Positions 8,949-19,033 of a stretch of 59,176 nt of DNA are shown in pieces; position 1 is the stretch's first letter, and each line of letters starts with the position of its first letter. The notes beneath the pieces are model-generated. The model saw only the letters and a program-made list of their open reading frames with translations. It did no database searches and was not told the origin of the DNA. Made by a program: the position numbers and the translations under genes. This DNA comes from SAR86 cluster bacterium AG-422-P06. Lineage in GTDB: Bacteria; Pseudomonadota; Gammaproteobacteria; Magnimaribacterales; TMED112. The stretch covers positions 1 to 59,176 of the forward strand of contig QCMX01000002.1 of NCBI GenBank assembly GCA_003213455.1, in the 5' to 3' direction.

Positions 8949-11900
8949 TTAAAAAAGCTTGTAGTTTTCTTCTCCAAATATCTCATTTATTTTTTCGAAC
9001 GTACTATCCTCTAGGGAAACCTTAAGGGTGTCAACTTTTAGCTCACTAGAAATATTGAGATCATCGTCCTTTAAATTAAGTATTACATCTATACCATCAG
9101 GATCATTTAAGGCTTTTAACTCCTCAAATTTACCGTTTCCAAGTTCTTTTAGCTGTTTTCTTGAGACATCAAATCTTATTTTGGAAGTTAATGTACTGCG
9201 CGCAAGCTCAATTGGCATTACATCAGTAGCCCTTACCTTTATACCCACATCCTCATAATTACCTCTTCTATAATCATCTGCTACAACTGTACCCTTAATC
9301 ATGACTACACCATTCTCTTTGAATAAAGGTTTCTTTTCATCGTGCAATTCTATCGGCACTGAAACATCAATAATTCCAGTTTCATCAGAGATTTCGAGAA
9401 AGACAAAAATACTAGTGCCTTTTTTTACAATCCTTTTATGGTTAATGAGTGCAGGGATATATTTCTCATTTGTTGTAGTCATGAGTTTATTGATAGGCTG
9501 AATTCTAGATGACAAGGTCTTCCTCAATAAAGTAACTGGATGCTTACTGTAATAGAAGCCAAACGATTCTAATTCCATTTTCAGTTTTTCTGATTCAGAA
9601 AATTTTTGAAGCTTGTATCCTGATACTTTTAAATCACTTTGTTCTGCAAACATCTCCATAACGGCAGATTCTTTAGATTTAAATTTTTGTTCTGATGCTT
9701 CTAAATAACTTTTCACAGAACTAACAGCTTCATCTCTTGAACAGATCTCATCAAAAGCACCTGCTTTAGCCATACTCTGCAAAGATCTTATGCCCCCTTT
9801 TCTTAAATCAACGCGTGAAGCAAAATCCATCAAGCTTGTAAATCTACCATTTGCTCTTTCAGCGCAAACTTCCTCAATAAATTTTCGACCAACATCTTTA
9901 AGAGCTGCTAACCCATATTCAATCTCATCTTTATCGTTAACAATAAAACTTGGGTGGGAAGTGTTAATATTCGGTGACTTGATTTTAACTTCCATAAGAG
10001 CACAATCTTTGACGTGTGGTTCGAGTTTATCTGTTTTGTCTTGCTCTGAAGATAAAACAGATGCTATGAAATGCGATGGATAATGAGTTTTTAGGTAGGC
10101 TGTTTGATAGGCAATTAAAGCATAGGCTGCTGAGTGTGATTTATTGAAGCCATAACCAGCAAATTTTTCGATATTATCGAAAATTTCATTCGCTTTTTTC
10201 TTGCCAATACTATTATTATCACAACCCTCAACAAAAACGCTCTTCTCTGCTTCCATAACATCAGCTTTCTTTTTTCCCATTGCTCTTCGCAGATTATCCG
10301 CATCACCAAGCGAGTATGATGCTAAGACCTGCGCAGCTTCCATTACTTGTTCCTGATAAACAAATACGCCATATGTTTCATTTAGCACCTTCTTAAGAGC
10401 TGGGTGCTGATAAGCAATGCTTTCACGTCCATTTTTTCTGTTGATATAGTCATCCGCCATACCGGAATTCAATGGTCCTGGCCTATATAAAGCTACAAGA
10501 GCTGTAATATCAGAGAAGTTCTCTGGCTTCATTCTTTTTATCAAGTCCATCATGCCACTAGATTCGAGCTGGAATATACCTTTTGTTTTACCAGAACTTA
10601 GTAGATTAAAAACTTTTGAGTCTTCGTAAGAAATATTATTTAAATTGAAATCAGGATTAATCTTTTGAACAGATTTCACAGCATTATTAATTACGGTGAG
10701 TGTTCTTAAGCCAAGAAAATCGAATTTTACAAGACCTACATCTTCAACATCATACATATCGAGTTGTGTTGCCATTGAATTCGTCTCAGCATCATAATGC
10801 AATGGCGTAAATTCATGGATATCATTTGGTGCTATAACAACACCAGCAGCATGCTTACCAATGCTTCGAGCACAGCCCTCTAGTTTTAAAGATAGTTCCA
10901 GCACCTCTGCTGCTTCTTCATTGTCTTTACGTAATTGCTGAAGTTCAGGAGACTCATCTATTGCTTCTGTAAGTTTAATACCAGGAGTTAGAGGTATCAT
11001 TTTGGCAATCATATCTCCAAAGCCATATGGTTTACCCAAAATTCTTGTTACATCTCTTGTGACCCCACGTGCTGCCATAGTTCCCAATGTTCCAATCTGT
11101 GCAACAGAATCTACACCATATTTGTTTTGTACATATTCAATGACCTTATCTCGTCCTTCGATACAGAAATCAATATCGAAATCAGGCAAAGACATTCTTT
11201 CAGGGTTCAAGAATCTTTCAAAAAGCAAACCGTGCTCAATAGGGTCAAGGGCTGTAATTGATAACATGTAAGCAACTAGGGATCCGGCACCTGAACCTCT
11301 TCCAGGGCCTACTGGTATTGCTTGCTCTTTAGCCCACTTAACAAAATCCATAACAATTAGAAAATAACCGGGATAACCTTTTTCGATGATAATTTTTAGT
11401 TCTTTATCTAGCCTCTCTTGATAGATATTTTTGTCTAGTTTCTTGTTGCTCTTTAGATAATCGTCTAATTTAGTTTGCGCTAATTCCTCAAGATGTTCTG
11501 ACAAGGTCTTGCCTTCCTGTACCTCATAAGATGGCAGGTAGTACTGTCCTTCTTCTAGAAATACATTGCAAAGCTTTGCTACTTCAATCGTATTGTTGAG
11601 AGGCTCTTCTCCGTGGACTGCACTTAATTGCTCTCTTGTTTTAAAGTATTGTTCGTTTGATACAACTGGATTATCAATTTCATCTTTCAATAATGTTGAG
11701 TTATTAATTGCAACTTTTGCTTGATGCGCAAGATGGTCTTCTTTTTCCAAGAATAAGACATCATTTAAAGCAACTACCGGGATATTCTTCTCATGAGCTA
11801 TGTTGCAAACAAAGGAAGTAGCTTGATCGTAACCTTGCTCATTGAAGCACGAAGCTCCTATGAAAAAGTTCTTATTAAAAGCATCTGAATACTTAGATAA

Positions 11901-12347
11901 TTCTGCTTCTATGAGCTCTTTTTCTTTTTTCGAAGCAAGATTCTTAATATTTGTTGATGATGCAGGCAAAATACAAACAAGATCGGAGCTATTCTTTAAA
12001 ATATCTTCTTCTGGAACACTACGCTTCTCTATTCCAGAGGTAATGAATGATTCTGTGCTAAGTTTGAATAAATTTTCTAATCCATTTTTATTTTTGGCTA
12101 ATAAAATTAGGCTTGTGTACCCATTTGCCACTTTGACATCAAAATCAACGCCACAAATTGGTTTGATACCTTTTCCCATGGCATAGTTGTAAAACTTTAC
12201 CAAACCAAAAAAAGTATTTTTATCAGCCAATGCCACAGCATCCATGCCTCTTTCTATTGCTTTATCCACTATCTCATTTGTTTTAGGCAAGCCACAAGAA
12301 ATGCTGTAATGTGATTTGGTTTGTAAGTGAATAAAATTAGACATCAT
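8949..12347 (-). CDS. dnaE: DNA polymerase III alpha subunit
   Basis: 1132 aa with a PHP N-terminus (FIHLQTKSHYS), PDFDIDF and the GYGFNKSHSAAYA motif. Sits in the lpxB-rnhB-dnaE-accA cluster. Confidence 0.95.
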   Translation of the reverse strand: MMSNFIHLQTKSHYSISCGLPKTNEIVDKAIERGMDAVALADKNTFFGLVKFYNYAMGKGIKPICGVDFDVKVANGYTSLILLAKNKNGLENLFKLSTESFITSGIEKRSVPEEDILKNSSDLVCILPASSTNIKNLASKKEKELIEAELSKYSDAFNKNFFIGASCFNEQGYDQATSFVCNIAHEKNIPVVALNDVLFLEKEDHLAHQAKVAINNSTLLKDEIDNPVVSNEQYFKTREQLSAVHGEEPLNNTIEVAKLCNVFLEEGQYYLPSYEVQEGKTLSEHLEELAQTKLDDYLKSNKKLDKNIYQERLDKELKIIIEKGYPGYFLIVMDFVKWAKEQAIPVGPGRGSGAGSLVAYMLSITALDPIEHGLLFERFLNPERMSLPDFDIDFCIEGRDKVIEYVQNKYGVDSVAQIGTLGTMAARGVTRDVTRILGKPYGFGDMIAKMIPLTPGIKLTEAIDESPELQQLRKDNEEAAEVLELSLKLEGCARSIGKHAAGVVIAPNDIHEFTPLHYDAETNSMATQLDMYDVEDVGLVKFDFLGLRTLTVINNAVKSVQKINPDFNLNNISYEDSKVFNLLSSGKTKGIFQLESSGMMDLIKRMKPENFSDITALVALYRPGPLNSGMADDYINRKNGRESIAYQHPALKKVLNETYGVFVYQEQVMEAAQVLASYSLGDADNLRRAMGKKKADVMEAEKSVFVEGCDNNSIGKKKANEIFDNIEKFAGYGFNKSHSAAYALIAYQTAYLKTHYPSHFIASVLSSEQDKTDKLEPHVKDCALMEVKIKSPNINTSHPSFIVNDKDEIEYGLAALKDVGRKFIEEVCAERANGRFTSLMDFASRVDLRKGGIRSLQSMAKAGAFDEICSRDEAVSSVKSYLEASEQKFKSKESAVMEMFAEQSDLKVSGYKLQKFSESEKLKMELESFGFYYSKHPVTLLRKTLSSRIQPINKLMTTTNEKYIPALINHKRIVKKGTSIFVFLEISDETGIIDVSVPIELHDEKKPLFKENGVVMIKGTVVADDYRRGNYEDVGIKVRATDVMPIELARSTLTSKIRFDVSRKQLKELGNGKFEELKALNDPDGIDVILNLKDDDLNISSELKVDTLKVSLEDSTFEKINEIFGEENYKLF

Positions 12348-12883
12348 TAAATTTTAAAACTTTTTCTGTGAATGTTTGTATATCCCAAATAATTAATGGC
12401 ATTTTTATGATCTTTTGTTGGATAACCCTTATTTCTTTCAAAAGCATAGCCCTCAATTTCCTTTGCATACTTAATCATTAGCTGGTCCCTAAAATGTTTT
12501 GCAACTATTGAAGCAGCCGCAATTTCTTGGTGTTGCTCATCTCCTTTTACTATTGCTTCAGCATTATCTAAATTCTCAGGGACATGTATTCCATCAATAA
12601 TAATTTTTGCTGGCTCAACTGGTAGATTATGTACTGCTCTTTGCATAGCTAGGTGTGTTGCTTTCAGAATATTTAGAGCATCAATCTCTTTGGGAGTTGC
12701 AATGCCTATACCCACATAAAAATTCTGATTAATGTATTTAGCTTGTCGAGCTCTATTTGATTCAGAGGTTTTTTTTGAATCTTTGAAAACTTGCTCTGGC
12801 TTATTATGTCCAAAAACTACCGCTGCTGAAATTACAGGGCCAGCTAAACATCCAACACCAACCTCATCAACTCCTGCAATCAT
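12347..12883 (-). CDS. rnhB: Ribonuclease HII
   Basis: AGVDEVGVGCLAGPV N-terminus, DSKK and ASIVAK motifs. Lies between lpxB and dnaE. Confidence 0.88.
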   Translation of the reverse strand: MIAGVDEVGVGCLAGPVISAAVVFGHNKPEQVFKDSKKTSESNRARQAKYINQNFYVGIGIATPKEIDALNILKATHLAMQRAVHNLPVEPAKIIIDGIHVPENLDNAEAIVKGDEQHQEIAAASIVAKHFRDQLMIKYAKEIEGYAFERNKGYPTKDHKNAINYLGYTNIHRKSFKI

Positions 12884-13940
12884 CGTATAGTCTTTCTACA
12901 AAATCACCTAGATTAGTTTGAGTTAACTTGTCTTTTACTGATTTAATCATTTCTTGTCTAAACTCATAATCAGCAAGATTTGAGGTTAAGTCGTGGGCAA
13001 TATTCTCGGAGGTAGCTTCTGACTGTATCAGCTCAAGAAATACTTCTTCATCAGCAATTATATTGGGAATGCTCGCAAATTCTGACAGCATTAAGCGCTT
13101 AAGAATAAAATGGTTAAACCAATTAGTCTTATAAACGACAGTTGTTGGAATTTCTGCAAGAAGAGTCTCTAGAGTTGCGGTTCCGGAACACACAACTGCT
13201 GCTTTCGACTTTTTCAAAACCTCTGCAGATTGAACATGTTCACATGTAATAAATTTATGATCCTGAATTTTATGTTGTATTAAATACTTATCTTCTTTTT
13301 TATAAACTGGGATTACAGCCCTAAAATTTTCTTCAAAATTAAATTGATTGAATCCATCAATCATCACGTCCAGATTATTTTTTATCTCAGACTTTCTGCT
13401 TCCAGGCATAATGCACACAACATTATCTTTGAATTGATTTTCGTAAGCCTCTTTCTCATCTATTAATGGGTGACCAATACAAAATGCCTGTTTTCTAACG
13501 TTTGCACAGTATTCCAATTCAAAGGGAAATAGACAAAGCATGTAGTCAACATGCTTAAAATGCTTTACCCTTCCTGGCCGCCAAGCCCAAACAGAAGGAC
13601 AGACAACGTGAATAGTTTTAATACCTTCTTTTTGCATCTGTTTATGTATCTCAAAATTAAAATCTGGTGCATCTATACCAATAAAGATATCTATTTCTTC
13701 CTTGATGAAATCTTTGATTAATTTTTTTCTAAATTTGGTAATCTTGCTGTAGTTAATAATTGGGTCAACTAGACCCATTATCTCTAAAAGTGATCGCTCG
13801 CTAGAAATCCCATAATTAGATAGTGGTCCTGAACCAACTCCTACTACTGTGAGGTCATCAAATTTTTGCTCTAAAACTGAAAGAAGTTTTGATCCTAGTA
13901 AATCTCCAGAAGGTTCAGCTGAGATAATCCCAATCTTCAA
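12867..13940 (-). CDS. lpxB: Lipid-A-disaccharide synthase
   Basis: N-terminal ISAEPSGDLLG. lpxA-lpxB-rnhB synteny. TTG start, with no in-frame ATG nearby. Confidence 0.85.
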   Translation of the reverse strand: MKIGIISAEPSGDLLGSKLLSVLEQKFDDLTVVGVGSGPLSNYGISSERSLLEIMGLVDPIINYSKITKFRKKLIKDFIKEEIDIFIGIDAPDFNFEIHKQMQKEGIKTIHVVCPSVWAWRPGRVKHFKHVDYMLCLFPFELEYCANVRKQAFCIGHPLIDEKEAYENQFKDNVVCIMPGSRKSEIKNNLDVMIDGFNQFNFEENFRAVIPVYKKEDKYLIQHKIQDHKFITCEHVQSAEVLKKSKAAVVCSGTATLETLLAEIPTTVVYKTNWFNHFILKRLMLSEFASIPNIIADEEVFLELIQSEATSENIAHDLTSNLADYEFRQEMIKSVKDKLTQTNLGDFVERLYDDCRS

Positions 13941-14717
13941 TTATCTTAGGACTCCCCTTGTAGATTTTTCGATTGACTGAATAAAGATGTTAATTGAATC
14001 ATTTTGGATGCATTCTGTCTCAATTTTTTCTAGAGCATCATTAACTTTTAATCCTTCTCTAAAAAATATTTTATAAGCCTTCTTTAAATTAGATATTTCT
14101 TCCTTAGAGAAGTCCTTTCTTTCAAGTCCAATACTATTTAAACCAGCCTGTTTAGTTGGGTTGCCTGCTACCCTCGTAAAAGCTGGCACATCCATAGTAA
14201 TTTGAGCACCAAGCCCAGTAAAAGAGTAAGAGCCTAACTGACAAAACTGATGTATCAGAGTGTAGCCACCTAAGGTCACATGATCACCCAATTTTACGTG
14301 TCCAGCTAAACCAGAATTATCAACAAGTATATTGTTATCACCCAACACACAATCATGAGCAATCATTACGCCTGGCATAATAAGATTATTATCGCCAATC
14401 TTTGTATAACCAAGATCTGCACCAGTTCCTCTGTGAACTTTACAAAATTCCCTAAAAGTATTGTTTTTACCAACTTCTAATGTTGTTTTTTCTCCCTTGT
14501 ATTTTAGGTCTGGGGTATCTTCACCCACTACACAAAATGAGAAAAATTTATTGCCAGCATCTATGTTTGAAGGACCATTAATTATTACATGCGATCTCAG
14601 CTCACAGTCAGCAGCAATATTTACTTCAGGACCAATAACAGAATACGGGCCAATTACTACACTTTCATGAATGACAGCTGAACTATCTACTATTGCTGTT
14701 GGATGGATATTACTCAT
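13941..14717 (-). CDS. lpxA: UDP-N-acetylglucosamine O-acyltransferase
   Basis: Left-handed beta-helix hexapeptide repeats and an MSNIHPTAIVD start. fabZ-lpxA-lpxB order. Confidence 0.9.
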   Translation of the reverse strand: MSNIHPTAIVDSSAVIHESVVIGPYSVIGPEVNIAADCELRSHVIINGPSNIDAGNKFFSFCVVGEDTPDLKYKGEKTTLEVGKNNTFREFCKVHRGTGADLGYTKIGDNNLIMPGVMIAHDCVLGDNNILVDNSGLAGHVKLGDHVTLGGYTLIHQFCQLGSYSFTGLGAQITMDVPAFTRVAGNPTKQAGLNSIGLERKDFSKEEISNLKKAYKIFFREGLKVNDALEKIETECIQNDSINIFIQSIEKSTRGVLR

Positions 14718-15144
14718 TTAAACTTCTATCTGCGCATAAAATTTCTGCTGAACATACTAGCTCTTCTTCCGAATAAGCAGCGCATTTAAATTTCCAGATT
14801 CCTCTTTTTGAACTTATTACTGAAGATTTAAATATTAGTGTATCACCCGGTAAGACCTTTTTTCTAAATCTTGTTTTTTCTATACCGCACAAAAGATATA
14901 CCGAATTTTTGTTTGCTGTTTGCTTCATTATATGAGAACCCAAAACTCCAGTACTCTGGGCCATAGCCTCCAAAACAAGTACACCAGGCATAATTGGAAA
15001 ATCAGGAAAATGTCCTTTAAAAAAATCTGCATCAGGAGAGACAAACCATTTCGCCACTATTGATTTTTCATCAACTTCTAAAACTTCATCAATAAATAGA
15101 AATGGCTCTCTATGAGGTAGTAGTTTTTTTACATCGTAATCCAT
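14710..15144 (-). CDS. fabZ: 3-hydroxyacyl-ACP dehydratase
   Basis: LPHREPFLFID, FKGHFPDFPIMPGVL..EAMAQ motifs. Confidence 0.92.
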   Translation of the reverse strand: MDYDVKKLLPHREPFLFIDEVLEVDEKSIVAKWFVSPDADFFKGHFPDFPIMPGVLVLEAMAQSTGVLGSHIMKQTANKNSVYLLCGIEKTRFRKKVLPGDTLIFKSSVISSKRGIWKFKCAAYSEEELVCSAEILCADRSLNE

Positions 15145-16037
15145 TATTTCTTTATCTTAGCTATAAACTTTAGTGAATCCTTGTGCTTTTGAATTGGCAT
15201 TACACCACTATAAACTCCAGCCTCTTTGAGAGATTTTGTTACTAGTGTTTTCGCCATTACTGTAACATTGTCGGCTATTTCTATGTGTCCGATAATTCCT
15301 ACCTGACCTGCTATTTGGCAATTTTTACCTATCTTTACACTACCTGCAGTTCCTGACATTCCTGCAATTGCTGTATTCTCACCAATTATTGTGTTGTGCG
15401 CTATGTGGACTTTATTATCGATCTTTACACCATCTTGAATTACAGTATTTCCAAGTGCACCTCGATCAACCGCTGTGCCAGCTCCAATCTCGACGTTATT
15501 GCCTATCTTTACACCACCTAAATGCTCTATTTTGTGCCATCCATTGCCAGTAGGAGCATATCCAAAACCATCAGAGCCTATGACAGTGCCTGAATGAATG
15601 ATGCAATTATCTCCAATGCTTGTGCATGCATATATGGAAACATTGTCATGAATTTGAACGTTATTACCTATAACACAGTTAGGATTAATAACCGTGCTTT
15701 CACCTATTTTTACATTATCGCCAAATATCGTTTCAACTTTTTCATTCTCTTGGTGATAGCCAACAGAAAATACTTTTGATGCTTTGGCATAAGCAAGGTA
15801 AGGATCATCAACAATTATAAAATCAGTGGCTTTTATATCAGCAGCTAGATCCTTAGTAGTGATCACTGCCCCAGCCTCTAAACTTAATGAATCTATGAAT
15901 TTTTTGTCCTTTACATAGCAGATTGATGTGCTATCACAGACTTTTGAATCTTGGAGATGGGAAATTTTTAAATCAAATGACCCTAGAGGAGTACCACCTA
16001 TTAATTTGGCTAACTGCTCTAGAGTAAATGATTCCAT
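15144..16037 (-). CDS. lpxD: UDP-3-O-acylglucosamine N-acyltransferase
   Basis: Hexapeptide-repeat transferase, with a [11 protein letters not shown] start typical of LpxD. skp-lpxD-fabZ order. Confidence 0.88.
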   Translation of the reverse strand: MESFTLEQLAKLIGGTPLGSFDLKISHLQDSKVCDSTSICYVKDKKFIDSLSLEAGAVITTKDLAADIKATDFIIVDDPYLAYAKASKVFSVGYHQENEKVETIFGDNVKIGESTVINPNCVIGNNVQIHDNVSIYACTSIGDNCIIHSGTVIGSDGFGYAPTGNGWHKIEHLGGVKIGNNVEIGAGTAVDRGALGNTVIQDGVKIDNKVHIAHNTIIGENTAIAGMSGTAGSVKIGKNCQIAGQVGIIGHIEIADNVTVMAKTLVTKSLKEAGVYSGVMPIQKHKDSLKFIAKIKK

Positions 16038-16052
16038 TAAGATAGATTACTA

Positions 16053-16574
16053 CTATTCAGACTTTTCGGTCAAAGCATTATCTAGATAAGCTATAACCTC
16101 TTCAGTAATGTCTAAATCAGGATCTGCATAAAGCAATGCTCCTGGAGCAACTATCATGTCGTATTCTTTTTGAGTAATTAGTTCACCTAACACTTTTTGA
16201 AAAGTAGGTGTAAGTGCACCAACTACTTGCTGTTGGACTTCTTGAGCCTTTGTTTGAAGCTTATTAGATAGAAACTGAATGTCAGCTTGCTTATCCTGCA
16301 ATTGTTTTTGCATATCTAATTTTTCTTCATCAGATAAAACTTCTTGATCTTTTTGAAATTTTTCAACTAATGCTTGTCCTTCTGCTTGAAGTAATTCAAG
16401 TCTCTCTCTGTCAGCTATAAAGCCAGCATCTTCATCAAGAGTTTTAAATGCTTCTTGAGCGTATTGAGTACTCAACATAGCTACTTCAGCATTTAACACA
16501 ACAGTCTTAGCATTGATTGGAGCTGAAAAGGCTACAAGCAACAAAGTAAGAAATAAAACTTTTAGTTTGTTCAT
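16053..16574 (-). CDS. skp: Periplasmic chaperone Skp (OmpH)
   Basis: Signal peptide followed by a Q/E/K-rich coiled-coil, about 170 aa, located between bamA and lpxD. Confidence 0.75.
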   Translation of the reverse strand: MNKLKVLFLTLLLVAFSAPINAKTVVLNAEVAMLSTQYAQEAFKTLDEDAGFIADRERLELLQAEGQALVEKFQKDQEVLSDEEKLDMQKQLQDKQADIQFLSNKLQTKAQEVQQQVVGALTPTFQKVLGELITQKEYDMIVAPGALLYADPDLDITEEVIAYLDNALTEKSE

Positions 16575-16630
16575 AATTAATCCTTAAGTTTCGCTATTTT
16601 ATATGACTTTTACCAAAGAATCGAGATTTT

Positions 16631-19033
16631 TTAGAACTTATTGCCGACCGTAAATTCAAATCTCTTGGTTCTATCTAGAGGATCATTATTGAATGGTACA
16701 GCGAAATAAACACTTATTGGACCAAATGGGGTTATAGCTGAACCACCTAGACCATATGAACCTCTTAAGTCCTCGAAGCTTGGAGCAAAACATTGTGATT
16801 GATAGTTGTAACAGAATGTTGAAAAAACATTCCCCAAGTCAACAAAAAATGCTGTTCTGAATTGACTTTGATCCTCAATAAATGGAACTTTGAAAATAAG
16901 ATTGAGACTCGTCTCTAGTAAGAGATTACCACCTATTGGTCTATTGATCCCATATTGTGCATATGAGTTGTAATATGGCTGATCTGGTTCACCATCAAAA
17001 TTATTATCAATTAATGGAGGACAATAATCTTCCGCAGAGACATATTCATAACATGGAACAGGAGTAATTCTTGGTCCCAAGCTATTTGTTTCATATCCTT
17101 TGATTGAGTAGGGTCCACCAGCATAGAAATATTCAAAGTATGGTGGCACATCACTATCACCAAATGAATCAACATAACCAATTCTTGAAGCAGCCTTAAA
17201 TATTAAATCATCGTTAATTGGAGTATAGAATTCATTTCTGTAATCTAATCTAAAATAATTTAATGAAGATCCTGGTACCGTTGTTTGTACAGATACTTGG
17301 TTAAGTGTCCCATCGGTAGGGAATAAACCTCTGTTAAGTGTTGCTCTTGTCCAGAATCCTTGGATTTTTAACGTGTCGAAAACGTCTCCCTCTGCTTCTA
17401 AGAAATCCAGTATCTCTCTTGATGCTAAGGATCCAGACTGTAGTTCAGTGTGGTCAGCAGCAATATTGAAGCCAAGTCTTTGTATTTCAGAAATAGGGAA
17501 GCCAAAGCTCACAGCAGCTCCGTAACTAGCAGTATTATAATCAGTCAAGCCAAATGAAGAGTAATCAAATTCTCTGAAATTTAATGAGTATCCCCTGCTT
17601 GCTCCATCGACTGTGTAATAAGGATTTTCATATTGTAGAAATATATTTGTTGAATAATCACTTACTTGTGTTCCAATCCCAACAGTATTTCCGCTACCCA
17701 AAAAGTTTTGTTGCTGAACATTAAAATTAAAAGAGAAACCAAACTGAGAATATCCAAATCCAGCAATAATATTTCCATATTGTTGCTCCTCAACATCAAA
17801 TATTACATCTACAAGATCATCCTCTCCTGCCACAGGCACTGTTTCAACATTAACAGTTTTAAAAAAGCCAGTTCTTTCTAATAGCAGCTTAGATTGTTCT
17901 ATTAATTGATTGGAAGCAGGAGCTCCTTCAAATTGTCTCATCTCCCTTCTAAGCACTTCATCTGTAGTGAAGTAATTTCCATTAAAGATTATTCTTCTTG
18001 CATAGTTCTTTCTGCCAGGATTGAAGACAAATGTGATATCTGCAGAATTATTTTCTTCATTGATAGTAGGGACACCCTCAACTTCTGCAAAGGTATAGCC
18101 GTCATTACCTAAAGCATTTGCATAAAATTCTTCATAACTCGTTATTAATGCTTCTGAATAAAATGCATCTTCTTGAATATTAATAAAACTCTCTAAAAAT
18201 TCTCTATCAAGCGGAAGTTCTCCAGAAATTTTTATGTCATTCAGCTTATATCTCTTACCCTCATTTAGAACCAAGGTTATAAAAAGTTCTTGGAGATCAT
18301 CGCTTATTGAAACTTGTGATGAAGTTATTTCAAATTGTAGATACCCTCTATCTTTATAAAATGATTCTAGATTTTCTAAATCAGTTCTTAGCTTTTCTTT
18401 GGTATATCTGTTGTCACTAGTAAAGATTGAAAGTATTGATCCTTCAGATAATTCAAAAACTCGTTTTACTTCATAATCAGTAAAAGCATTATTTCCAATT
18501 ACTTCTATTGCTGAGATAGCTGTTGAAGTTCCTTCATCAACATCTATATCAACTTCTACTCTGTTCCTAGGTCTATCCTTTTGAGTTACTACGACAGTGG
18601 CTCCATACCTTCCCTGTTGTGAATATTGTGCTTGTAGCCCTCTTGTTATTAAATCCAGTGTTGCTCTTTTTAGAACTGACCCCTCTCTGATGCCCTCACC
18701 ATTTAATGCTCCTAGCAAATCTTCAGTTTTGATAGCTGAATTTCCGTCTATGTATATATTTGATATTGTTGGTCTTTCTTTTACTGTTATATAGAGAATG
18801 TTTCCTTCTGATCTAAGTCTAATATCATCAAATTGGCCTGTGGCAAAAAGTGTTTTTATCACTCTTTGATAATCAGTCTTATCAACCCTATCACCGATCG
18901 TAATAGGCACAGTATCTAAAACACTACCCAGCGATACCCTTTGAAGACCTTCGATTCTTATGTCATCGACAAGCATGTCAGCTTGAGAGTTCAAGGCAAA
19001 GATAAGTGCTAATGTAGTTAATATTTTTTTCAA
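16631..19033 (-). CDS. bamA: Outer membrane protein assembly factor BamA
   Basis: 800 aa with a signal peptide, POTRA repeats (IEGLQRVS...) and a C-terminal beta-barrel ending in F. TTG start within a TTGA overlap with the rseP stop. Confidence 0.92.
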   Translation of the reverse strand: MKKILTTLALIFALNSQADMLVDDIRIEGLQRVSLGSVLDTVPITIGDRVDKTDYQRVIKTLFATGQFDDIRLRSEGNILYITVKERPTISNIYIDGNSAIKTEDLLGALNGEGIREGSVLKRATLDLITRGLQAQYSQQGRYGATVVVTQKDRPRNRVEVDIDVDEGTSTAISAIEVIGNNAFTDYEVKRVFELSEGSILSIFTSDNRYTKEKLRTDLENLESFYKDRGYLQFEITSSQVSISDDLQELFITLVLNEGKRYKLNDIKISGELPLDREFLESFINIQEDAFYSEALITSYEEFYANALGNDGYTFAEVEGVPTINEENNSADITFVFNPGRKNYARRIIFNGNYFTTDEVLRREMRQFEGAPASNQLIEQSKLLLERTGFFKTVNVETVPVAGEDDLVDVIFDVEEQQYGNIIAGFGYSQFGFSFNFNVQQQNFLGSGNTVGIGTQVSDYSTNIFLQYENPYYTVDGASRGYSLNFREFDYSSFGLTDYNTASYGAAVSFGFPISEIQRLGFNIAADHTELQSGSLASREILDFLEAEGDVFDTLKIQGFWTRATLNRGLFPTDGTLNQVSVQTTVPGSSLNYFRLDYRNEFYTPINDDLIFKAASRIGYVDSFGDSDVPPYFEYFYAGGPYSIKGYETNSLGPRITPVPCYEYVSAEDYCPPLIDNNFDGEPDQPYYNSYAQYGINRPIGGNLLLETSLNLIFKVPFIEDQSQFRTAFFVDLGNVFSTFCYNYQSQCFAPSFEDLRGSYGLGGSAITPFGPISVYFAVPFNNDPLDRTKRFEFTVGNKF

